A stretch of 64,000 nucleotides of DNA from positions 1,417 to 65,416 of the forward strand of contig JAADJA010000044.1 of assembly GCA_013151015.1 (NCBI GenBank), written 5' to 3'. Shown here one piece after another: positions 45,769 to 57,231 of this stretch; position 1 is the stretch's first letter, and each line of letters opens with the position of its first letter. The DNA comes from Chlorobiota bacterium (GTDB lineage Bacteria > Bacteroidota > Bacteroidia > Bacteroidales > JAADJA01). The notes beneath the pieces are model-generated. The model was given only the letters and a program-made list of their open reading frames with translations. It made no database searches and was not told the DNA's origin. Position numbers and translations under genes: made by a program.

Positions 45769-48360
45769 TTAGCTGTTCACAAAATGCAACTTGCCATTCT
45801 CTACCTCCACCCTTATTTCTGACTCTTTGCTGATTTTGTCAGCAAGGATCATTTTGGACAGATTGTTCAACAAACCCCTTTGGACAACCCTCTTGATCGG
45901 CCTTGCCCCAAACTGTGGGTCAAAACCTTCTTTGGCAATCAATTCAATGGCAGCTTCCGAGAAATCGATTTTTATCTGGCCCTTGGCCAACATACGTTTC
46001 ACGTTCTCCAGCTGCAAACGGGCAATCCCTTTTATTTCATCCATATCAAGGGGTTTGAACATGATGATTTCATCTATCCTGTTCAGGAACTCGGGGCGGA
46101 TAGTCGCTTTCAACAAAGTAAATATCTCTTTCCTTGTTTTCTCGTACACTTCGTCCATCTCCTCCTCGTTTGCTTTTTCCATATTTTGCTGGATAATGCT
46201 CGAGCCCACATTGGAAGTCATGATAATAATGGTATTCTTGAAATCCACGTTACGCCCTTTATTATCCGTCAACCGTCCATCGTCCAAAACCTGCAACAGG
46301 ATATTGAAAACATCGGGATGAGCTTTTTCGATTTCATCGAGCAAGACAACGGAATACGGTTTCCGCCTGACTGCTTCGGTCAACTGTCCGCTCTCGTCAT
46401 AACCCACATATCCCGGAGGGGCGCCAATGAGTCGCGAAACAGAGTGGCGCTCCTGGTATTCCGACATATCGATCCGTATCATCGAGTTTTCATCATCGAA
46501 AAGGAATTCGGCAAGTGCCTTGGCCAGTTCTGTTTTCCCCACGCCCGTTGTCCCCAGGAAAATAAACGAGCCGATGGGCCGCTGTGCGTCCTGCAAACCT
46601 GCCCTGCTCCTGCGGATGGCATCCGAAACGGCTTCGATGGCTTCATTTTGCCCCACGACCCTCTTGTGCAGTTCATCTTCGAGGTTCAGCAGTTTTTCAC
46701 GCTCGCTTTGCAACATACGGCTTACCGGAATCCCTGTCCAACGTGAGACAACCTCGGCAATTTCCTCGGCATCCACTTCCTCGTTTATCAAGGGAGAATC
46801 CGACTGGGCTTCGGCAAGCTTAGCTTTTAAGCCTTCGATTTCCTCTGATAAATGGGTGATTTTCCCATACCGTATCTCCGCCACTTTGCCAAGATCACCG
46901 TCACGTTCTGCCTGTTCCGCTTCGATCTTGAAAGATTCGATTTCCTTTTTCTTTTGCTGTATCTTGTCAACGATTTCCTTTTCGGCCTGCCATTTGGCCC
47001 TCAGGTCTGTTCGGGCATCGTTCAGGTTTGCGATTTCTTCATTCAAGACCTGGAGCTTTGTTTTGTCTTTCTCGCGTTTTATGGCTTCCCGTTCGATTTC
47101 CATTTGCTTTATCCTTCTTTCAAGGGTCTCCAGTTCCTCGGGCACCGAATTGATTTCCAATTTCAACTTGGCGGCGGCTTCATCAATCAAGTCAATTGCT
47201 TTATCGGGCAAAAACCGATCGCTGATGTAGCGCTGCGACAGTTCCACGGCCGAAATAATGGCTTCGTCTTTTATCCTCACTTTATGGTGTGTTTCATAGC
47301 GTTCCTTCAGCCCCCTCAAAATTGAAATGGCAGAAAGGGTGTCGGGTTCGTTCACCATAACGATCTGGAAACGCCTCTCCAGGGCTTTGTCTTTCTCAAA
47401 GTACTTTTGGTATTCTTTCAATGTTGTTGCCCCGATTGCACGCAACTCGCCCCTTGCCAGGGCAGGTTTCAGGATATTGGCGGCATCCATGGCCCCTTCA
47501 CTCTTCCCTGCACCAACGAGCGTATGGATTTCATCGATAAACATGATGATTTCCCCATCGGAATTGATTACCTCTTTTACAACGCTTTTCAACCTTTCCT
47601 CAAATTCGCCTTTATACTTTGCCCCTGCAATAAGGGAACCCATGTCCAATGAATAGATAATCTTTGATTTCAGGTTTTCGGGCACGTCGCCGTTGATTAT
47701 CCGGTGTGCCATGCCTTCAACAATCGCCGTTTTCCCTACGCCTGGCTCTCCTATTAGGATAGGGTTGTTTTTTGTCCGTCGCGACAATATTTGCAAGATC
47801 CGGCGAATTTCTTCATCGCGGCCAATGACCGGATCCAGTTTTCCGGTCCTTGCCAGTTCGTTCAGGTTTTTTGCATAACGGTTCAATGAATTGAAGGTAT
47901 CCTCAGCCGATTGGCTGTCAACCGTTGAGCCCTGCCTCAATTGCTTAATTGCGGCCAACAAAGACTTTTCGGTCATTCCATTGTCCTTTAAAAGCTTTGC
48001 GGCCGTATCTTTCCCGGCCAGGATACCAAGCAGGATATGCTCGACCGAAACAAATTGATCGTTAAAATCTTTTAAATAACCGCTTGCTTTTTGCAATGCA
48101 GCATTTGCTTCACGCGAAAGGAAATGCTCCCCACCTGAAACTTTCGGAAGTGATTCGATTATCTTGTCAATTGCTTTATCCAAAATCACTGTGTTTACAT
48201 CCAGTTTTTTCAGCAAATAGGGAATCACATTTTCGTCCACTTGCATGATCCCTTTCAATATGTGAATGCTCTCGATAGACTGATTGCTGTTCCCTGAAGC
48301 AATTTCCTGGGCCTTTTGAATGGCCTCCTGCGATTTTATCGTGAAATTATTTAAGTTCAT
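45769..48360 (-). CDS. clpB: ATP-dependent chaperone ClpB
   Basis: 863 aa with two AAA+ modules ([10 protein letters not shown] and [12 protein letters not shown]), a long coiled-coil middle domain and a Clp N-domain. Confidence 0.95.
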   Translation of the reverse strand: MNLNNFTIKSQEAIQKAQEIASGNSNQSIESIHILKGIMQVDENVIPYLLKKLDVNTVILDKAIDKIIESLPKVSGGEHFLSREANAALQKASGYLKDFNDQFVSVEHILLGILAGKDTAAKLLKDNGMTEKSLLAAIKQLRQGSTVDSQSAEDTFNSLNRYAKNLNELARTGKLDPVIGRDEEIRRILQILSRRTKNNPILIGEPGVGKTAIVEGMAHRIINGDVPENLKSKIIYSLDMGSLIAGAKYKGEFEERLKSVVKEVINSDGEIIMFIDEIHTLVGAGKSEGAMDAANILKPALARGELRAIGATTLKEYQKYFEKDKALERRFQIVMVNEPDTLSAISILRGLKERYETHHKVRIKDEAIISAVELSQRYISDRFLPDKAIDLIDEAAAKLKLEINSVPEELETLERRIKQMEIEREAIKREKDKTKLQVLNEEIANLNDARTDLRAKWQAEKEIVDKIQQKKKEIESFKIEAEQAERDGDLGKVAEIRYGKITHLSEEIEGLKAKLAEAQSDSPLINEEVDAEEIAEVVSRWTGIPVSRMLQSEREKLLNLEDELHKRVVGQNEAIEAVSDAIRRSRAGLQDAQRPIGSFIFLGTTGVGKTELAKALAEFLFDDENSMIRIDMSEYQERHSVSRLIGAPPGYVGYDESGQLTEAVRRKPYSVVLLDEIEKAHPDVFNILLQVLDDGRLTDNKGRNVDFKNTIIIMTSNVGSSIIQQNMEKANEEEMDEVYEKTRKEIFTLLKATIRPEFLNRIDEIIMFKPLDMDEIKGIARLQLENVKRMLAKGQIKIDFSEAAIELIAKEGFDPQFGARPIKRVVQRGLLNNLSKMILADKISKESEIRVEVENGKLHFVNS

Positions 48361-48651
48361 ATCTTTTTGTTTTTAAGTTCGTAATAATTTTTTCACGCCA
48401 CGCCCAATTAACCTGCCAATTGATTGTTGATAAAACAAATCAGAAATTTTGACATTTTCTAATCAAAAAGATGACTTTATGTCTTGAAAGTAAGATATTT
48501 ACACAATCATATCAGACACTTTTTCAGGTTATGGGACAATTTTTTTTTCACATTTAAAACCGACATCGAAATTTTAATCATCTTTGCACGTTAATTCGTT
48601 TTGAAAACCCTTTGATTATTCACAATATAAGTGTCTCTGTTCAACAAACAT

Positions 48652-49998
48652 ATGAGAAACATTTTTTTTACAGTATTGTTACTGGCCACAAGTGTTCAGG
48701 TTTTTGGACAAGGGGACATGCTACCGGATAATATCAATTCATGCCGGGCAGATAGTGTTTTGATTTCAGTAAACCCAATCTATGATTCTTATATTTGGAA
48801 CACAGGGGATACAACAAGTTCAACCTGGGCATTTACTTCCGGGGATTACTGGATTGAAACAAATATAGGGGATACCTTGTTTTATACGGACAATACTCTT
48901 TTAACAATCGTTGACGTAAGCATCCTCCAATCCGACACCAGCATTGCCTGTGGCGATACCATTCTGATCAGCATTGATGATTCCTATTTTGATTGCCTTT
49001 GGGTACCGGGGGACACACTCACGGATTCCCTTCACGTTTTCCCGCGCAACAATACGACCTATTACGCAAATGTGACCGATCCCAATTCAACGGACAATTT
49101 CTGTACCGATAGCATCGAAGTGGAAGTAACCCCAATTATTGTATTGGACACCCTTATCCAAAATACCATGGGATGCCCCGGTGAAAACAAAGCAAGCCTG
49201 GAATTACAGGTCTCAGGTGGTTTTGCACCGCCTTATGTCTATGAGTACTCTGAAGGAATTGCCGATTACGATGATCCGAACATGGTGATAAAGGTCAAAG
49301 ACGGTGAATTTCAATATGTGGTTACCGATACCCTGGGCTGTACATTAAAAGGTGATTACAATGTAAAGGCCTATGGTATCCCGGAAGTGGAATTGGTTAC
49401 CGATCCGGCAGATACGATATACCGGCAAAGACCATATATAAATTTCACATATGAAAATAAGACATATGATTCGTTGGGAACAGATACATTTTTCATCAAC
49501 ACTTTTTCCTGGGACTTTGGCGATGGGGGAACTTCTTTTGTCAGCCCTGTAAACCACACCTATTCAGACGAAGGGACTTACTCCGTTGTTTTTTCTTTTG
49601 ATACTTATTATGGCTGTAAAGCCGAAGATAGTATTACAATTGTTGTAAAGCCTGTAAAATTCAAGATACCGAGTGCCTTTACCCCCAATGGGGACGGGAT
49701 AAACGAAAAATTTATCATTACTTATGATACGGGCAGCGAAAGCGATGGAGGTAATGACCCTGCATACAAGTTTGGCGAAAATGATGACCCTATCAATATC
49801 AATGATTTTTACAATTCCAATACACTTATTATATTTAACCGCTGGGGGCAAAAAGTATATGAAATGGCCAATTACACGAATGATTGGGATGGCGACAATC
49901 TTGTGGACGGGACCTATTTCTACATATTGGTTTGTGAGGGCGAACATGGAAAGGACGTGTTCAAAGGCTCGGTGCAAATTGTAACAGGGGGAAGATAA
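48652..49998 (+). CDS. Secreted protein with a PKD-like domain and a T9SS type B (gliding-motility-associated) C-terminal domain
   Basis: FSWDFGDGGTS is present. The C-terminus reads PSAFTPNGDGINEKF...FNRWGQKVYE...WDG...DGTYFYIL. I prefer the ATG at 48652 over the GTG at 48631. Confidence 0.8.
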   Translation: MRNIFFTVLLLATSVQVFGQGDMLPDNINSCRADSVLISVNPIYDSYIWNTGDTTSSTWAFTSGDYWIETNIGDTLFYTDNTLLTIVDVSILQSDTSIACGDTILISIDDSYFDCLWVPGDTLTDSLHVFPRNNTTYYANVTDPNSTDNFCTDSIEVEVTPIIVLDTLIQNTMGCPGENKASLELQVSGGFAPPYVYEYSEGIADYDDPNMVIKVKDGEFQYVVTDTLGCTLKGDYNVKAYGIPEVELVTDPADTIYRQRPYINFTYENKTYDSLGTDTFFINTFSWDFGDGGTSFVSPVNHTYSDEGTYSVVFSFDTYYGCKAEDSITIVVKPVKFKIPSAFTPNGDGINEKFIITYDTGSESDGGNDPAYKFGENDDPININDFYNSNTLIIFNRWGQKVYEMANYTNDWDGDNLVDGTYFYILVCEGEHGKDVFKGSVQIVTGGR

Positions 49999-50137
49999 AC
50001 GAACAATTTCTTTTTTGCTCCTTTCATTTATTTAATTAATTTTGCCCGTTGTATCCCCCCAATTGGGAAGATGAAATACTAAAAACCAAAACCAAGGGCT
50101 TAAATTTTCAATTTAGTTCTTAAACCAATTATTTGTT

Positions 50138-51559
50138 ATGATGTATCTATGGAAAAACATTCTGCTGAAATTATTATTTGTTTTGTTACTTGGTAATTTC
50201 ATAGTAACACCTGCTAAAAGCCAAACCCTAAAAATCCTGCCCATAGGAAATTCCATCACACAGCTTGACAACCAGCATTACAGTTACCGCTATAAGCTCT
50301 GGAAAAAACTAATTGATGATGGGGTTGATTTTGATTTCGTGGGTTCCATGACCGATCACTATAATTGTGGAACGCCAACTTTTCCAGACTATAACGGACA
50401 TACATTTGACACAGGCCATGAAGGCCATTGGGGCTGGCGGTGCGATGAGATTATCAATGGGGGAAACTCCAGCAATTGTAAGGGAACGGGGCATTTATCA
50501 ACATGGCTTGGCAGTTACACGCCCGACATTGCCCTCATCCATCTTGGCACGAACGACATGGTACAAGGGCAATCTGTCTCCGGGACAATCAATGAACTAA
50601 AGGACATTATAAATATTTTGAGAGCTGATAACCCCAACGTGATCATCCTCCTTGCAAAACTAATTCCTGCCAATGAATCTTTATATCCCACCTGGGCTTC
50701 GAGGATTCCTTTGTTAAATGCCGAAATCCCTTCAATAGCCACGGATATGCAGGATGAAAATTCCCCAATTGTCATTGTTGACCAGTTTTCAGGCTTTGAC
50801 CCAACAACCGATACGTTCGATGGCGTTCACACCAATTCCCTGGGAGAAGAAAAAATGGCCCAGAAATGGTTCGATGCCATTCAAAGTGCAGTGGGAAGCG
50901 GCTTTGGCCTCAACATCAAAACCTATCTCGAAGGGCCTTATAACGGATCTGAAATGAACACAAGCCTTATGGCGGATATTCCGCTACAGCAACCATTTAA
51001 CAGTGAACCCTGGAATTATGCCGGCACCGAAACCCTGGGATCCCTTCCCCCCAATATTGTTGACTGGGTTTTGATGGATATCCGGGATGCCACTGATGCT
51101 GCTTCAGCCACAGAATCGACACGGCTGGAACGAAAGGCTGCCCTATTGCTCTCCAATGGCTCGGTTGTGGATATGGATGGGGTTTCGGATATCACGTTCA
51201 ATTCTTCGGTTACCAACCAATTGTTTGTGGTTGTCCATCACCAAAACCACCTCCCTGTTTTATCGGCAAACCCGCTAATTGAAAATAACGGGACATACGC
51301 TTATGATTTCACCACAGCAGTAAACCAGGCTTATGGAAATTCACAAAGCAACCTGGGCAACGGGGTTTTTGGGATGGTTGCCGGCGATTTTAATGCCGAT
51401 GGTGTAATTGACTCCAATGATATTTCGATTGACTGGAACCTTCAGGCTGGCATGAACGGGTATTATCAGTCAGATGCGAACTTGAATTCCAATGTGGACA
51501 ATTCGGACAAAAACATATTCTGGCACAATAACCAGGGATTATCTTCGGCACTTCCATAA
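50138..51559 (+). CDS. SGNH/GDSL-family hydrolase with a C-terminal dockerin-like repeat region
   Basis: Block I is ILPIGNSIT, block III is GTND and block V is DGVHTN. The C-terminal GDFNADGVIDSNDI...DANLNSNVDNSD resembles Ca-binding dockerin repeats. Confidence 0.7.
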   Translation: MMYLWKNILLKLLFVLLLGNFIVTPAKSQTLKILPIGNSITQLDNQHYSYRYKLWKKLIDDGVDFDFVGSMTDHYNCGTPTFPDYNGHTFDTGHEGHWGWRCDEIINGGNSSNCKGTGHLSTWLGSYTPDIALIHLGTNDMVQGQSVSGTINELKDIINILRADNPNVIILLAKLIPANESLYPTWASRIPLLNAEIPSIATDMQDENSPIVIVDQFSGFDPTTDTFDGVHTNSLGEEKMAQKWFDAIQSAVGSGFGLNIKTYLEGPYNGSEMNTSLMADIPLQQPFNSEPWNYAGTETLGSLPPNIVDWVLMDIRDATDAASATESTRLERKAALLLSNGSVVDMDGVSDITFNSSVTNQLFVVVHHQNHLPVLSANPLIENNGTYAYDFTTAVNQAYGNSQSNLGNGVFGMVAGDFNADGVIDSNDISIDWNLQAGMNGYYQSDANLNSNVDNSDKNIFWHNNQGLSSALP

Positions 51560-51573
51560 TATAGCTATTTCGT

Positions 51574-52239
51574 TTAATCCCTCTCTCCAAAGATAGCACT
51601 CCCCACCCTTATCATCGTACTTCCTTCCTCAATCGCGATTTCATAATCACCCGACATCCCCATCGAAATTTCCTTAAAACTTTCCTGTTCGGCAAAAAAA
51701 CTTGATTTCAAGTTTGTGAAAATATCTTTCAGGTTCCTGAATTCGTTTCTGACAATTGCTGTATCCGAAGTATAAGTTGCCATACCCATGACACCACATA
51801 TCCGGATGTTTTTCAATTCCCCAAATTCCTTTAAATCCAAAATACCAGAAACCTCTTCAAGGTCAAATCCAAATTTTGTTGATTCGGTTGCAATATGGAA
51901 TTGGAACAAACAATTAATCACCCTGTCATTTCTTATTGCTTGCTTATTGATTTCCTTCAGCAACTTAAAACTATCGATACCATGGATAAGCGAAACAAAT
52001 GGCGCAATGTATTTCACCTTGTTGGATTGCATATGGCCGATAAAATGCCATTCGATATCCTTAGGCAGTTCCGAATATTTCCGGCTTAGCTCCTGGGCCT
52101 TGTTCTCCCCAAAAACACGAAACCCGGTATCATAAGCTTCAAGGATGTCCTCATTGGGTTTGGTTTTTGAAACCGCTACCAACTTAACACTTGGAGGTAT
52201 GTTCCCTAATAATTCCGATAAATTTCCTGCAATATCCAT
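51574..52239 (-). CDS. yggS: YggS-family PLP-binding (PLP homeostasis) protein
   Basis: LVAVSKTKP contains the PLP lysine. The 221-aa length and the C-terminal IRVGSAIFG fit the family. Confidence 0.9.
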   Translation of the reverse strand: MDIAGNLSELLGNIPPSVKLVAVSKTKPNEDILEAYDTGFRVFGENKAQELSRKYSELPKDIEWHFIGHMQSNKVKYIAPFVSLIHGIDSFKLLKEINKQAIRNDRVINCLFQFHIATESTKFGFDLEEVSGILDLKEFGELKNIRICGVMGMATYTSDTAIVRNEFRNLKDIFTNLKSSFFAEQESFKEISMGMSGDYEIAIEEGSTMIRVGSAIFGERD

Positions 52240-52323
52240 AACAAATTATTGACACACAAAACTACAAAAGAAGTAGCACATTAAAAAAACAATAAAATAA
52301 ATTTGTTCAAATGATAATTTTTA

Positions 52324-52331
52324 TACTTTTG
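52324..52331 (+). promoter_or_regulatory. -7 box TActTTTG upstream of the tRNA-Ser/tRNA-Pro pair
   Basis: TACTTTTG lies 69 nt upstream of tRNA-Ser. Confidence 0.4.
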
Positions 52332-52399
52332 CACCTCCCAAAAGGGAAGCAGGTTCTTTGAAGATATTATTTCAAAATTAATTCACATTTAGAACACCC

Positions 52400-52489
<90 letters not shown>

Positions 52490-52562
52490 ACTTATCCTCC
52501 GAAGCCCAATGGGCATAGGTGGATTGGAATTTGTTTTTTGATTTATCGGGATTTATTATATT

Positions 52563-52637
52563 CGGGGTATAGCGTAGTCCGGTTAGCGCGCCTGCTTTGG
52601 GAGCAGGAGGTCGGGTGTTCGAATCACCCTACCCCGA
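52563..52637 (+). tRNA. tRNA-Pro (UGG)
   Basis: CGGGGTA pairs with TACCCCG in the acceptor stem. The anticodon stem-loop is CCTGC-TTTGGGA-GCAGG and the T-arm is GGGTG-TTCGAAT-CACCC. Confidence 0.9.
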
Positions 52638-52646
52638 CAAACAAAA

Positions 52647-52675
52647 GCCCGCATCTTTTTGATGTGGGCTTTTTT
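52647..52675 (+). terminator. Rho-independent terminator after tRNA-Pro
   Basis: GCCCGCATC-ttttt-GATGTGGGC (9 bp, one G.U pair) is followed by a T-run. Confidence 0.8.
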
Positions 52676-52770
52676 GTTTCAATACACCTCCCATTAACAA
52701 TTTCCTGTTAAAAACCCCGTTCAAATTAAAGTTGGTTTACATATGGATGTAAGCTACTTTTGTATTCCAA

Positions 52771-53793
52771 ATGAATATATCGAACATGAAGAATCATTTC
52801 CTACTTATCCTGTTTGTTGTAGCGCTGAAATCCTTTGCCTCTGTCCCTGAAAAAAAGGATTCAAGCCCTGATGGCATATACAAACCCGACTTTTCGCTTG
52901 ACACTGCTTTGGTAAACGACTCGACCCGTGTTTGGTTCATGGGCGCCAATGGCAATTTTAACCTGAACCAGGTGAGTTTTACCAATTGGGCCGAAGGGGG
53001 TGAAAGTACGCTGGCCGGAAATGTGTTCGGGGTTTTCAAGGCCACGTATTTAAAAAAGAAATTCAAGGCGGACAACTATTTGCTGATGGCATATGGAATT
53101 ACCTGGAACGGTGAACAGGGCGTTAGAAAAACTGATGACAAAATCGAGGTCGGGACTGCGGTGGGTTACGAAGTTTTTGAAAATTGGTACTATTCCCTGA
53201 TCGCAAATCTCAAATCACAGTTTTCGAATGGCTATAAGTACCCCGATGACAGCACATTGGTCTCCACCTTTCTGGCACCGGCCAATTTCCTGCTCTCATT
53301 GGGAATGGAATACAAACCCAATAAGTTTACTTCTGTTTTCATCTCCCCGGCAAGCGGAAAATTCATTTTTGTGGCCAACCAGGAGCTTGCCAACAAAGGT
53401 GCTTTTGGCGTGACCCCCGCTGTGAGGGATTCCCTTGGGAACGTATTGATTCCCGGTTCGGATTACAAAGCAAAATTCGGGTTTAACTTTATCTTGAACT
53501 ATCACAAGGATATCATTAAAAACGTAAACCTTTCTTCCAAACTGAACCTCCATAACAATTATATGGACGAAAACAGTGATAACCGATGGAACGTGGATGT
53601 GGATTGGGAAACAGCTTTCAATTTCAAGATAAACAGCTTTCTGTCCTCCATGATCTATATGCACTTTTTGTATGACCATGACATTAAAATCCCACAATAT
53701 GAAAAAGTTGATGGGATAAAAACCCAGGTAGGTTCCGGCCCCCGTTTGCAGATGAAACAAAATTTCGGGATCGGGGTTTCCATCAAGGTATAA
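52771..53793 (+). CDS. DUF3078-like outer-membrane beta-barrel protein
   Basis: A signal peptide is present and NLNQVSFTNWAEGGES is typical of DUF3078. The family assignment is from memory. Confidence 0.5.
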   Translation: MNISNMKNHFLLILFVVALKSFASVPEKKDSSPDGIYKPDFSLDTALVNDSTRVWFMGANGNFNLNQVSFTNWAEGGESTLAGNVFGVFKATYLKKKFKADNYLLMAYGITWNGEQGVRKTDDKIEVGTAVGYEVFENWYYSLIANLKSQFSNGYKYPDDSTLVSTFLAPANFLLSLGMEYKPNKFTSVFISPASGKFIFVANQELANKGAFGVTPAVRDSLGNVLIPGSDYKAKFGFNFILNYHKDIIKNVNLSSKLNLHNNYMDENSDNRWNVDVDWETAFNFKINSFLSSMIYMHFLYDHDIKIPQYEKVDGIKTQVGSGPRLQMKQNFGIGVSIKV

Positions 53794-53866
53794 TTTCCAT
53801 TGGGACACCCATATCCCTTTTCAACCCTGATTGCGCTTTATATAGGTTTTACTTTCAATAATAACG

Positions 53867-54613
53867 ATGGACATGAACGAAATTAAGGAAGCGGCAAAAG
53901 TCATCAAAGAATCCAACTACACCTTTGCTTTCACGGGTGCGGGCATTTCTGTCGAAAGTGGCATCCCTCCTTTCCGGGGCGAAAATGGCATTTGGGGAAA
54001 ATACGACCCAAAGGTTTTGGAGTTGGGGTTTTTCCATCAATCCCCGGAAGAATCATGGAAGGTGATAAGGGAAATCTTTTATGCGTATTTCGGGAAATCG
54101 CTTCCCAACAAATCCCATTTCACATTGGCGGAAATGGAAGAAAAAAACCTGCTACAATGCATCGTGACACAAAATATCGACAACCTGCACCAGGAAGCCG
54201 GAAGCCGGATAGTCCATGAATTTCACGGGAACATGAAAAAGCTTTTGTGCACAAAATGTGGAAAGCATCATGATGTCATGAAAATAAACCTGGAAAGACT
54301 TCCACCCCAATGTGAAAATTGCAAAAGTTTATTGAAACCCGATTTTATCTTTTTTGGCGAAGGGATCCCTCCCGGTGCTTACAAAAAATCGATGGAAGCA
54401 GCCCAAAAAGCGGAAGTGGTTTTGGTGATTGGCACAACGGGCGAAGTGATGCCGGCAGCACAAATTCCGTATATTGCCAAACAAAACGGGGCAAAAGTAA
54501 TCGAGGTAAACACAAAGCCATCCAATTACACGGCTTCCTTAACGGATATTTACCTCGAAGGAAAAGCAACGGAAGTGATGGGGGAATTGTTGGATGCAAT
54601 AAAAAGGGAATAA
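53867..54613 (+). CDS. cobB: NAD-dependent protein deacylase (Sir2 family)
   Basis: FTGAGISVESGIPPFRG, QNIDNLH and the Zn ribbon CTKCGK...CENC are present. Confidence 0.9.
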   Translation: MDMNEIKEAAKVIKESNYTFAFTGAGISVESGIPPFRGENGIWGKYDPKVLELGFFHQSPEESWKVIREIFYAYFGKSLPNKSHFTLAEMEEKNLLQCIVTQNIDNLHQEAGSRIVHEFHGNMKKLLCTKCGKHHDVMKINLERLPPQCENCKSLLKPDFIFFGEGIPPGAYKKSMEAAQKAEVVLVIGTTGEVMPAAQIPYIAKQNGAKVIEVNTKPSNYTASLTDIYLEGKATEVMGELLDAIKRE

Positions 54614-54717
54614 GTATGCAATAAGCGTCCATGCTTATTTGTGGGATGAACAATCGCAAGTGCGGATGCTTGCCACATATTGGCACATAGAGGGTATGAA
54701 ATAAAGGATTTCGACAC

Positions 54718-57018
54718 ATGGTACATTATAAAAAATATTGCTTGAACCTGCTGATGCTGGTGCTTCTTGTTGTTTCGCAAACCGTTCACGGCCAATTGCT
54801 TTTCAAGAACCATCAAAACTCCAAAAGCCCGGTGGTTGTAAAAGATGAAACGAAAAAAACCTTTGCTTTCCCATGGGCCGGGGGAATGAATTCCTGCCAG
54901 TTCAATGAAATCGACCTCGACCTCGACGGCACAAAAGACCTGATGGTGTTCGACCGGAACGGCAACCGTATTATGACTTTCCTTAATGGTGGCACGGCCG
55001 GACAGGTGGATTACACATATGCCCCGGAGTATGCCCAAAAATTCCCCGGGTTATTCGATTGGGTAATCCTGGCCGATTACAATATGGACGGCAAGAACGA
55101 CATCTTCACTTACTCTCCGGGATGGGCCGGAATGAAAGTCTATAAAAACACATCCGGCCCGGAACTTGAATTCACGGTGGAAGTGGAACCATTTTTAACA
55201 TCCCTTCAAGGCGGCGGTTATGTGAATATCCTCGTGACCTATGCCGATTACCCCGGGATTTCGGACATTGACAATGATGGCGACCTCGATATCCTTGTTT
55301 TCTGGGGCTTGGGTTCTTTTGTGGAAATGCACAAGAATATGTCCATGGAAAAATACGGCATTGCCGACTCCCTGGATTTTGAAGAAACCACTTCCTGTTG
55401 GGGCCATTTTGCCGAAAATGACGAATCCAACGAAATCTATCTTGATACCTGCAACAACATTAAACAAATGCAGGACAATAAAACAAACAGGCACACCGGC
55501 TCCACATTTCTTTTACTGGATTTGGACAATGATGCCGACAAAGACCTGCTGCTTGGTGATGTGGATTATCCCAACCTTGTGGAATTGATAAACGGGGGCG
55601 ATACAGATGAAGCCCATATGACCAGTTACGACACGCTTTTCCCGGTTTATGACAAACCCCTCAAGCTTTTTTCGATGCCGGCCGGTATGTATATCGACAT
55701 TGATAATGACGAAGTGAAGGATTTGATTGTTTCGCCCTTTGATCCAAGCACCATTACTTCCAGGAATAAAAGAAGTGTCCAATTGTATCGAAATGAAGGG
55801 GCCAATGAGTTTCCCGATTTCGCCTTTGCACAAAATGATTTTTTGCAGGAGGACATGATCGATGTGGGTTCCGGCTCATGCCCTTTGCTGTTCGATTACA
55901 ACAATGACGGATTGCAGGATTTGTTCATTTCCAATTTCGGCTATTATATGTACTCCTATTATCAGGCAGGGGCGTTTCTGAAATCGGTCTATTGGTCGAA
56001 TGTTGCCCTGTTTAAAAATACGGGAACTCAATCTGAACCTGAGTTTACCCGAATTACCGATAATTTCGCCGACCTTCATTCAGAGCATCTTCGTGGACTT
56101 TATCCTACCTTTGGGGATTTGGATAATGATGGTGATACGGATATGTTGGCCGGACAGGAAGACGGCAGTTTACTATTTCTTGAAAATGTTGCAACAAATC
56201 CTGACACGATGCTGTTTGCTTCTCCGGTCTTTAATTATCAGGACATTGACGTTGGCCAGTTCAGTGCCCCGCAATTAATTGACCTGAACCAGGATAATTT
56301 GCCCGATCTTGCCATTGGCAAACAGGATGGGCGAATCAGTTATTATGAAAACCAAGGGACACTTTCAAGCCCACAGTTCATCTGGATAAGCGATTATATG
56401 GGAAGCGTAAATGTTACGGATTCCACGCTTTCCTACACCGGTTATAGCACACCCCGGTTTTTCAGGAACAACGAAAACCAATTGGAGTTGTTGGTGGGCT
56501 CCGAAGACGGGAAGGTTTTTTACTATAAAAACATTGAAGGAAACCTAACAGGAAATTTCACCGAATCCGATTCCCTTTATTTGCTTGTTGGCAATGGTGT
56601 TTTTGAAATGGACATGGGGATGCGGTCGGCAGCGGCAATTTCAGATATGGACAATGATGGTTGGCAAGACTTGATTACCGGCAACTACTCCGGTGGATTG
56701 AATTACTTTTCAGGTTCAGCATTTCCCGGGGTCAATGCCTTGAACAAAACGAATAAAAACAATTTCAATATTACTGTTTTCCCAAATCCTGTATCGGATA
56801 TACTAAATGTGCAGGTTTCAGGCTTTGATGAAAACGATAAAATAAAAATCGAAGTATCAGATATTTTTGGGCGACTTGAATTCTCAATTTTATCAAATGG
56901 AGAGTCAACTTTTAAAATTCAAATGCAAGATTTCCGTCAAGGAATTTATTTCCTAAAAGTATCATCTTTTGAAAACCCTGAAATAGGAGCCTATCAAAAG
57001 ATTGTTGTTTCAAGATAA
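54718..57018 (+). CDS. FG-GAP/VCBS-repeat protein with a T9SS type A C-terminal sorting domain
   Basis: Repeated D-x-D/N-x-D-G-x-x-D motifs occur (DIDNDGDLD, DLDNDGDTD, DMDNDGWQD). The C-terminus is VFPNPVSDILNVQV...YFLKV. Confidence 0.8.
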   Translation: MVHYKKYCLNLLMLVLLVVSQTVHGQLLFKNHQNSKSPVVVKDETKKTFAFPWAGGMNSCQFNEIDLDLDGTKDLMVFDRNGNRIMTFLNGGTAGQVDYTYAPEYAQKFPGLFDWVILADYNMDGKNDIFTYSPGWAGMKVYKNTSGPELEFTVEVEPFLTSLQGGGYVNILVTYADYPGISDIDNDGDLDILVFWGLGSFVEMHKNMSMEKYGIADSLDFEETTSCWGHFAENDESNEIYLDTCNNIKQMQDNKTNRHTGSTFLLLDLDNDADKDLLLGDVDYPNLVELINGGDTDEAHMTSYDTLFPVYDKPLKLFSMPAGMYIDIDNDEVKDLIVSPFDPSTITSRNKRSVQLYRNEGANEFPDFAFAQNDFLQEDMIDVGSGSCPLLFDYNNDGLQDLFISNFGYYMYSYYQAGAFLKSVYWSNVALFKNTGTQSEPEFTRITDNFADLHSEHLRGLYPTFGDLDNDGDTDMLAGQEDGSLLFLENVATNPDTMLFASPVFNYQDIDVGQFSAPQLIDLNQDNLPDLAIGKQDGRISYYENQGTLSSPQFIWISDYMGSVNVTDSTLSYTGYSTPRFFRNNENQLELLVGSEDGKVFYYKNIEGNLTGNFTESDSLYLLVGNGVFEMDMGMRSAAAISDMDNDGWQDLITGNYSGGLNYFSGSAFPGVNALNKTNKNNFNITVFPNPVSDILNVQVSGFDENDKIKIEVSDIFGRLEFSILSNGESTFKIQMQDFRQGIYFLKVSSFENPEIGAYQKIVVSR

Positions 57019-57061
57019 AAGATAAGTGCAAAACCATTTTATAGCTCAATTCAAACATGCA

Positions 57062-57130
57062 AAACTTATATTTCCTTTTATGCAGTTTATGGTTCAAATA
57101 CCCTAATTTTGCACCATCGAATTCAATCAA
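57062..57130 (+). repeat. 69-bp direct repeat, copy 1 (contains the -7 box TAATTTTG at 57104-57111)
   Basis: AAACTTATAT(T/G)TCCTTTTATG(CAG/TCT)TTTATGGTTCAAATACCCTAATTTTGCACCATCGAATTCAATCAA. The last 47 nt are identical to copy 2. Confidence 0.9.
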
Positions 57131-57231
57131 TACCTTAACATCTGACTTTGGCAATGGGCGAGGCAACTTCTTTGGCATGTCTTTAAAAAAAATGGAAATA
57201 TGAGGTGTGCGCCAATGCCCGCTTCCCCCAC

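Noticed and set aside
45791-47878. Several long plus-strand ORFs (176-288 aa)
   Set aside because: All are antisense shadows of clpB. They are Ser/Phe/Ile-rich low-complexity translations, whereas the minus strand carries unmistakable ClpB motifs.
57131-57231. Leucine-type leader-peptide attenuator upstream of the LeuCD-like gene
   Set aside because: The only mini-ORF (ATG at about 57164, MGEATSLACL*) has no run of Leu/Ile/Val codons. No terminator/antiterminator pair followed by a U-tract is evident.
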